Origin: Malassezia furfur
Taxonomy: Eukaryota
Length of the DNA: 46,496 bases
Assembly: GCA_052055015.1 (NCBI GenBank)
Contig: JBQJIT010000035.1
Reading direction: 5' to 3' (one strand)
The notes below the pieces were generated by a model. That model had not been told where the DNA came from and searched no databases. It saw only the letters and a program-made list of their open reading frames with translations. Position 1 is the first letter of the stretch, and every line of letters starts with the position of its first letter. Shown piece by piece: positions 39,594 to 46,496 of this stretch. Position numbers and translations under genes: made by a program.

Positions 39594-41030
39594 ATGGCCA
39601 CCCAGATTGCTTGCCAAGCGCGGCAGGCGTTTGATGACGCACAAAAACTGCTCTCTGGGCGTGGATCGGAAGCCGCCGATGCCGCCCGTGTGAAGGCACT
39701 TGAAGAAATCCGCGCCGAGCTCGAGGCGTCGCAAGACGAAATTCGCACCGCGAACGAGCGCGACGTTGCGGAGGCCAATGCGCTCGTCGAGCAGGGCAAG
39801 CTGTCCAAGCAACTCGTCTCGCGATTGGACTTGTTCGCGAAGAAAGGAAAGTGGGAGTCGATGCTGCAGGGCGTGTCTGACGTTGCCAAGCTGCCCTCGC
39901 CTCTGGATGTCTGCACGTCCGCCAACCGGCTGGCTGCCCCGCACGGTTCTTCGGGCGCGCTCGACCTGTACCGTGTGACGTGCCCCATCGGCGTGTTGCT
40001 GTGTATCTTCGAGGCGCGCCCCGAAGTGATTGTAAATATTGCGAGCCTGGCAATCAAGTCTGGCAACGCTGCCATTCTGAAAGGTGGCAAGGAGTCGAAG
40101 CACTCTGCGGCGGTCCTGGCGCGCTGCATCGCCCGGGCGCTTGCGCGGAGCGAGCTTCCGGAGCATATTGTACAGACTGTGGAAACGCGCGACGAAATCC
40201 AGACGCTCTTGCACGAGGAGCGCTACATTGACCTCGTTATCCCCCGGGGGTCCAATGCGCTCGTCAAGAACATTCAGCGCGAGGCGCGCATGCCGGTCAT
40301 GGGCCACGCCGACGGCCTGTGTGCTACGTACATTCATGACGATGCTGAGCCCACGCTTACGATTGAGACCGTGCTGGACAGCAAGCTGGACTACCCCTCG
40401 GCGTGCAATGCTCTCGAGACGCTCCTGGTGAACCGCAAGCAACTGTCCTCGGGCCTGTGGCTTGCACTTGCCGAGGCGCTTTTGCGCGCTAATGTGCGCC
40501 TGCACTGCGACCCGGCGTCGCTCGAGGCGCTTGAACCCTTGCGTCAAAATGCCGAATGGGCTAAGCTCATCGTGCCAGCCCAGCCGGAAGACTTTGACAC
40601 CGAGTTCCTCGACTTGGACCTGGCCGTGCGCGTGGTGGATGGCGTGGAAGAGGCCGTGGATCACATCAATGCGCACGGGTCCGGGCACACGGACGTGATC
40701 CTCACCGCGCCGCTGCCCGAAAAGAGCACCAACCCACCCGGCCAGACGGCCGCCGACATCTTTACGCGCTCGCTGTCGTCGTCGAGTGTGTTTGTGAATG
40801 CATCATCGCGCTTCGCCGACGGCTTCCGCTACGGATTTGGCACCGAGGTCGGGATCAGCACCGGGCGTACGCATGCGCGCGGACCGGTCGGTCTCGAGGG
40901 CCTGGTGACGTACAAGTATGTCCTGCGCGGCACCGGCAGCGGCGCGCAGACGGCTGGTGCCTTTTCGCAGGGTGCAGCGCCACGCGCGTGGGCGCACCAA
41001 CCGATTGAGCAGGTATACCCGGGTTTGTAG
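39594..41030 (+). CDS. PRO2: Gamma-glutamyl phosphate reductase
   Basis: CPIGVLLCIFEARP, KSGNAAILKGGKES, DLVIPRG, PVMGHADGLC, YPSACNALETLL, SRFADGFRYGFGTEVGIST, HARGPVGLEGL. Confidence 0.96.
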   Translation: MATQIACQARQAFDDAQKLLSGRGSEAADAARVKALEEIRAELEASQDEIRTANERDVAEANALVEQGKLSKQLVSRLDLFAKKGKWESMLQGVSDVAKLPSPLDVCTSANRLAAPHGSSGALDLYRVTCPIGVLLCIFEARPEVIVNIASLAIKSGNAAILKGGKESKHSAAVLARCIARALARSELPEHIVQTVETRDEIQTLLHEERYIDLVIPRGSNALVKNIQREARMPVMGHADGLCATYIHDDAEPTLTIETVLDSKLDYPSACNALETLLVNRKQLSSGLWLALAEALLRANVRLHCDPASLEALEPLRQNAEWAKLIVPAQPEDFDTEFLDLDLAVRVVDGVEEAVDHINAHGSGHTDVILTAPLPEKSTNPPGQTAADIFTRSLSSSSVFVNASSRFADGFRYGFGTEVGISTGRTHARGPVGLEGLVTYKYVLRGTGSGAQTAGAFSQGAAPRAWAHQPIEQVYPGL

Positions 41031-43745
41031 CTACGAAGTCGAATTGCTCGCAAGCAGCTCGTAGATCTCATCCGTTTCGCTTGGTGAGAGGACAAGGTCG
41101 ATGAGGTCGCCGGCCAGCATGGCGGCGTTCTCGAGCTGCGACCGCATCCGGCTGCGCTCCGGGACGGGCTCTGCATCGCCGTCGTCGGCGAGCCAGCTGG
41201 GCGCCTGCGCAAATGCAATGCGTCCCATTGACACCACGAAGGCGTGCCGGATCCCATTCAGGATGGCCTGGGCCTGGGTGGAAAGCAGTTTCTCGGCCAA
41301 GCCCCGGCCCAGGCTCGTCTCGGGCGCATACAGCTGGTGCAACAGGCGCGTGGTCATGCACACACGTGCGAGGGCACTGCGTTAGTCGTCGACGTACTGT
41401 TCGGTTCGGTCGCCCGCCATTGCCCCGCCCCAGACCTCTTCGGTGTCCCACGAAAGGCATTGGATCAGCGCAGGCAGCAGCGGCACCGACTCGCTCAAGA
41501 TCACCGCCGTGTCGCCGTACCGTGCGGCACTCGACATGAACAGCAGCGTGGCCGTGTGCAGCTTCTGCACGTATGCCGCGGACGTATCACCGCGCCGGTC
41601 GACCAGATGCTTGGCCAGAATGTCTACCACGGAGAAGCGCACCTGGAGCAAGCGCGCCGGCACGCGCGGTTGCAGCGCATGGTCGTACGGACTCGCGAGG
41701 GCCATGTGCAGCGTCATTACATCCGGGATGAGCGACGAGAGCAGGTCGACGGACTGATACAAGACATCATGAGAACTGGTCTGTACATCGAGCAGGGTAA
41801 GCAGCACGCCGGGCTGTTGGAAGAACGGCTGCAGCTCCACCAGCCCGGTTTGGCCCACCGTCCAAGCAAGCACGCGCGCACACCGCACAATGGCACCCAG
41901 CAAGCTCATCCGCGCTTCCGGGCCCATGTCCCACACTGGCTCGCCCTGGGCATCGGCTTCCGGCTGGGCATCGGGCGACGACACGCTTAACGGCACGGCG
42001 TGACATTTGCGCACGCACTCAATCCACATCTTGACGAGGCTGGTAGGTGTTGCGGGCGCCGACGTATCCGGCTTGCTTGGCTCCTGGCTCTCTTGCGACG
42101 ATGGCAAAAGCTCCTTATCGTCCTGGTTGCTGGGCACCATGCTGTGCTCGGGCACTTGGGGGGTATCTGGCTCGGCCCAGTCGAGGTACTGCACCTTCTT
42201 CAGTAGAAATGGCACGAATCCCGGCTGCGATATGCCCAGTGCCGCCATCCAATCCAGCATGGCTGCGACGTAGTGGGTCTGAGTTAGTCGTAGGCACGTA
42301 CCAAGTTGAGCCGCAGAAACACACCCGTGAGCACGCGCAGGGCTGCGGCGACAGTGCCAAAGAGCGCCCCCGTCTGCAGCTCCCACACGCGCTCGACGAC
42401 CGCATCAATCGATGCAGGGGTATAGGCGCTGTGCTCGCGCAGCGCATCGTCCACCACGTGCCCACACTCCGCAAGGAATACGTTGTATGAGCTGCTTTTT
42501 GTCACCGAGTCCCACAGTACCTCGGCCGCGTGCGAAAATCGCCGTCGCAGGCGCTCGGGCACAGCATGGGGCAGCTGCATGGATAAGAGGTGCAGCAGCA
42601 TAGGTATCGATGGCGCATCTTCAGGCTTGCTTTCCTTCTCTGCATCCGGGTCTAGCGCGGCGCACCAGGTGTGCAGGCCGGGCCCCAGCGGGAAGTACTG
42701 TGTGCCAGGGACTGACGCGGGCGGAGGCAGGGCCAGGAATGGCTGGCACATAACTTGGGTCGCCCAGCGCGTGCGGTAGCAGAAGAGCGTCGTGAGCACG
42801 AGCATCGATGCGTCGGGCGCATCCATCTGCTCACACGTACGCACGGGGCCCAGATCCGGCGATGGTGTGACCGGCGAGCTGCTGCGCTCGGCATCCGGCG
42901 GGGTATGGGGTGGCGATTTGGCCGCTCGCGACGCGGCGGGCGTCGCCAGACTCGATGAAAGCCCAGGCTGTAGGAATGAATTGACAAAGCGGGGAAATTC
43001 TGGATAAGGATTCAGCACGTACCCTTTTTTGTAGACGTTATGGGCGTCTTGGTGCTCCGCGTGCGCGATGGACTCGTAGGTTCGTCGGGCAACGAGCGCT
43101 TTCGCCGCGTGAGCGACAAGGGCGAAATTGGCGTAGGCGATGCACCGGGCGAATGAACATGGTGCACGATCCGGTTATGGGTCGGCGTGGTAAGTGTGGT
43201 GAACCCCGGCGTGCGCTTGGTGGCGCCTGTGTCGGTGATCATCACCGGCGCACGACGGCGCAACGATGAGGGCCATGCCGTGCGATTCGTGTCCTGTTCA
43301 ATGCGCTGCGATGAGATGGGATACGTACGCGGAATGCTGCCGCTGTCTCCAGCTTCTCGATCTGCCGCCGGTTCTCTTGCTGGATGCGCTCAAACCGCTC
43401 GCGGTACTCGGACTCGAGCTGAGTTTGCTTCTGCTGCAGGCCCGAGTTTTGCTCCTGGGCGCGTTTCCAGTTGGCACGGACGACGGCAATTTCGCCTTTT
43501 TGCTGCTGCGTCTGCCGCGTGAGGGTATCAATGAGCTCCTGCTGCTTGGCTTGGAGCGCGCGTAATTCTTGCAACTGCGCCTGCAGCGACGCAGGTTCGG
43601 ACGGTGCGGTCGACGCCGGGGTATTGACGTTCCCCGACGCCTGCGCCTGGATCTCGAGCGCCTGAAGCTGGGTATCGGTGACTGGATCGATCGCCAACGA
43701 GTCCCACCAGTCGTCATCGAAGCTCTCGTCCCCATCAGCGTCCAT
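41031..43745 (-). CDS. Probable ATRIP/Rad26/Lcd1-like checkpoint protein. Introns 43306-43328, 43000-43022, 42279-42301, 41377-41397
   Basis: Acidic N-terminus ([12 protein letters not shown]), coiled coil with KGEIAVVR, helical C-terminus. Four introns join five track ORFs. The family call rests on architecture only. Confidence 0.6.
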
Positions 43746-43777
43746 TCTGCCGACGTGGTCGACGTCCTCCACTTCCC

Positions 43778-43813
43778 CACGTGGATCCGCGACGCGCTCG
43801 TGTCCAGACGCGT
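43778..43813. promoter_or_regulatory. 72-bp bidirectional promoter with CACGTG (43778-43783) plus MCB-like ACGCG (43792) and ACGCGT (43808-43813)
   Basis: Lies between the ATGs at 43745 and 43818 of a checkpoint-like gene and FEN1. Confidence 0.55.
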
Positions 43814-43817
43814 CGAG

Positions 43818-45185
43818 ATGGGAATCAAAGGTGCGTGGAGCGTTCTTACGCAGGCCTCACCTCACTGCTCAGCGATGAAGTACCGGCATGTATCAAGCAG
43901 TTTGACATCAAGACACTCTTTGGACGCAAGGTGGCTATCGACGCGTCGATGAGCCTGTACCAATTCCTCATTGCTGTGCGCCAGTCTGATGGCCAGCAAA
44001 TGATGTCGGATACTGGCGAGGTGACGAGCCATCTGCTCGGTTTCTTTTACCGCACGCTGCGTATGGTTGACTACGGAATCAAGCCGGTATATGTGTTTGA
44101 CGGAAAGCCACCAGATCTCAAGAAGGAAGTGGTACGTGTCGACGCACTGATCTAGCTCGTCAAGCGCTTTGGCAAGCGCGAGGAAGCGCGCGAGCAGGAG
44201 GAAGAGAAGAAGGACATTGGTTCGTTGCACATACTTATGCAGCCGACAACCAGCTGCTCGACCAGCTAGCGCGTCGTCAAGTGCGACCCACGCGCGAGCA
44301 CAATGCCGAGGTGCAGCGCTTGCTGACCCTCATGGGCATCCCATGGGTCGTGGCCCCGTCCGAGGCCGAAGCGCAATGCGCTGAACTTGCGCGTGCAGGC
44401 AAAGTATTTGCCGCTGGCTCGGAGGACATGGACACGCTCACCTTCGGCACACCTATCTTGCTCAAGAACCTCACGGCAAGCGAGCAGAAGAAGCTGCCGG
44501 TGACTGAAATCAACCTTGAAAAAGCGCTCGAAGGGCTCAATATGCCTATGGAGCAGTTTGTGGACTTGTGTCTCTTGCTGGGTTGCGACTATCTTGACCC
44601 GGTGCGGGGTGTGGGCCCGAAAAAGGCACTCAAGCTCATCCAAGAGTTCGAGTCCCTCGACCGCGTCCTGGAGCACCTCCACCAAGTTGAGCAAGAGAAG
44701 GAGCAAAAGAAGAAGGCGACAGAGCCCAAGGAGGAGCCGGCCAAGGCGGAGGGCGCGTCCGACGAGAGTGACAAGGAAGCCGAGCCGGCGCCCAAGAAGC
44801 GTGCGGGTGGCATCCACGTCCCCGAGTTTTGGCCCTACGAAGAAGCCCGGCAGCTCTTCCTTCACCCGCAGGTGAACGACGGGAAAAGCGTGGAGCTCAA
44901 ATGGGAGCAGCCCAAGACCGAGGAGCTCGTCCAATTTCTATGCGGCGACAAAGGGTTCAGGTACGTATGGCGACTATGCTTATCCAGCGAGGACCGCGTC
45001 CGCCGCGGGTGTGAGAAACTGGCCAAGGCCGTTGGGCAGAAGCAGCAAGGGCGACTGGATGGCTTTTTCACGTACGTGCGGCCCACTCACCTTGCAGCGT
45101 GCAGCCGCGTACCGACGACGCACAGGCCAAACGGAAGCCCGATCGATCGGGCAAGGGGGCGACCAAGAAATCGCGGCGTACGTAA
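43818..45185 (+). CDS. FEN1: Flap endonuclease 1. Introns 43831-43853, 44132-44155, 44220-44242, 44961-44987, 45072-45097
   Basis: [57 protein letters not shown] box QGRLDGFF, basic tail. Confidence 0.97.
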
Positions 45186-45400
45186 TGCTGTGTAGATGAG
45201 TCAGCAAGGCTGCCGGTTCCGCGTCGTGGCCGTGAGAGCCAATGAGGGGCGCCGTGCCGCAGCCCTGCGCAGGCGCGCCCTTACTGGAGTGCGGCGCGCA
45301 CGGCGAGCGTGCAGGGGCGCACCGTCGCGTGGAGTCGGCGCGCATTGGAGTGCGCGGCGCGGCTCACTCTCACTTTTTCCATCGATCCGAGTGCGCGACG

Positions 45401-46496
45401 ATGAGCAACATTGCGCCTCCCGTTGGCAACAACGAGGGCCCCGCGCCACCCATCATGATCAACCCGGATGGGGAGTTGGCGCAACAGACTCCCACACAGG
45501 TCCATTCGAGCAAGACGGCGCCCTTCTCTCCGCGGATGAGCGGTGACGGCTCGTTCATGGACAACTACGCAGAGGACTCGAGCCAGTACCAGAACGCGTC
45601 GTTCGCGCGCAACGACGTGCCCAGTGGCAATGTTCCGCAGGAGCAGCAGCCGCTCTTTGCGTCGCAGACGAGCAAGTTCCAGCCGAGCCAGTCGATGGGT
45701 GGGATGACGACCTACTCGGAGGAGCCGGCGCAGGACATGCAAGGCACATACAGTTCGCATTCGCTGAACGACCGGCGCTACGATGTCCAGAGCGACAGCT
45801 CGCACCAGCCACCGCCGCCACAGAACCCCTACCCTTGGATGACGATGAACGATGTCAAAGAGCCCGACGATGATCTCCACGACCCGAACAAGATGACGCA
45901 TACGCACGGCGCGCCGCAGCGTGCGCTTCTTAATGTCGGCACGCTAATCCTGCTGACGCTTGCGCTCCTGATGCTCTTTGCCGGATACCCCATTCTGCAT
46001 CATTACACCGAGGGGCAGGAGCAGGAGGACCGCCTCGCGAAGCTGTCCAACCTCAAGAACAACCGCCTGCCGATCATGCCCTCGAACGCGCCCGTGGACC
46101 GCCTGACGGCCAACCGTCCGGCCGGGTTCGACCCGAAGTATGCCATGTTTGTCGACCCCGACACGCCGTTTGATGCGTACACGATGCAGAGCACCTACAC
46201 GCCCAACATTGACGAGGATGGCAACGGAAAAGAATTCAAGCTGGTGTTCTCGGACGAGTTCAACTCGAACGGGCGCACGTTCTACCCCGGCGAGGACCCC
46301 TTCTGGGAGGCGGTCGACCTGCACTACTGGGCGACGAACAACTTTGAGTGGTACGACCCTGCGGCGGTCTATACGCAGGACGGTGCGCTGCGCGTGCGTC
46401 TTGAGCAGCACCCCGAGCACAACCTGCACTTCCGCGGCGGCATGCTTCAGTCGTGGAACAAGTTTTGCTTCCGCGGCGGCATTTTGATTGCGAGTG
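45401..46496 (+). CDS. Beta-1,6-glucan synthesis-associated GH16 protein (Kre6/Skn1 family), 5' part; runs off the right edge
   Basis: EPDDDLHDP, TM ending LFAGYP, LVFSDEFN..GRTFYPGEDPFWEAVDLHYWATNNFEWYDP, GMLQSWNKFCF. Confidence 0.92.
   Translation, partial: MSNIAPPVGNNEGPAPPIMINPDGELAQQTPTQVHSSKTAPFSPRMSGDGSFMDNYAEDSSQYQNASFARNDVPSGNVPQEQQPLFASQTSKFQPSQSMGGMTTYSEEPAQDMQGTYSSHSLNDRRYDVQSDSSHQPPPPQNPYPWMTMNDVKEPDDDLHDPNKMTHTHGAPQRALLNVGTLILLTLALLMLFAGYPILHHYTEGQEQEDRLAKLSNLKNNRLPIMPSNAPVDRLTANRPAGFDPKYAMFVDPDTPFDAYTMQSTYTPNIDEDGNGKEFKLVFSDEFNSNGRTFYPGEDPFWEAVDLHYWATNNFEWYDPAAVYTQDGALRVRLEQHPEHNLHFRGGMLQSWNKFCFRGGILIAS

Overview
Very gene-dense, GC-rich eukaryotic (fungal) DNA. Gene content, 21-46 nt introns (GTRYGT...CTRAC/CTCAC...YAG) and tiny intergenic spaces point to a Malassezia-like basidiomycete yeast; this is an inference and no taxonomy search was run. 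After splicing by hand I find 25 protein-coding genes. In order: HIS7 (partial), PhoD-like phosphatase, mitochondrial RSM7, a Pro-rich hypothetical, a C2H2 TF, TFIIB, NUP84, RPF1, COX8/COX7c (missed by the ORF track), an F-BAR/SH3 protein, a CorA-family transporter, PCNA, RTA1-like, Pcl-type cyclin, a SET-domain protein, TPP II, Rab escort protein, SppA-like S49 peptidase, a Kex2-processed repeat precursor, an RlpA/DPBB secreted protein, LAG1, PRO2, ATRIP/Rad26-like, FEN1 and KRE6/SKN1 (partial). There is also one intron-containing tRNA-Lys(CTT), a decayed RTA1 paralog and one 110-N assembly gap. Most interesting: (1) a secreted KR-punctuated precursor of Pro/Lys/Gly-rich peptides; (2) a CACGTG E-box in all seven ultra-compact head-to-head promoters; (3) introns as short as 21 nt; (4) an exact 24-bp duplication of the TFIIB recognition helix; (5) Gcn4-type and MCB-type sites on functionally fitting genes; (6) convergent genes separated by 0-10 bp.
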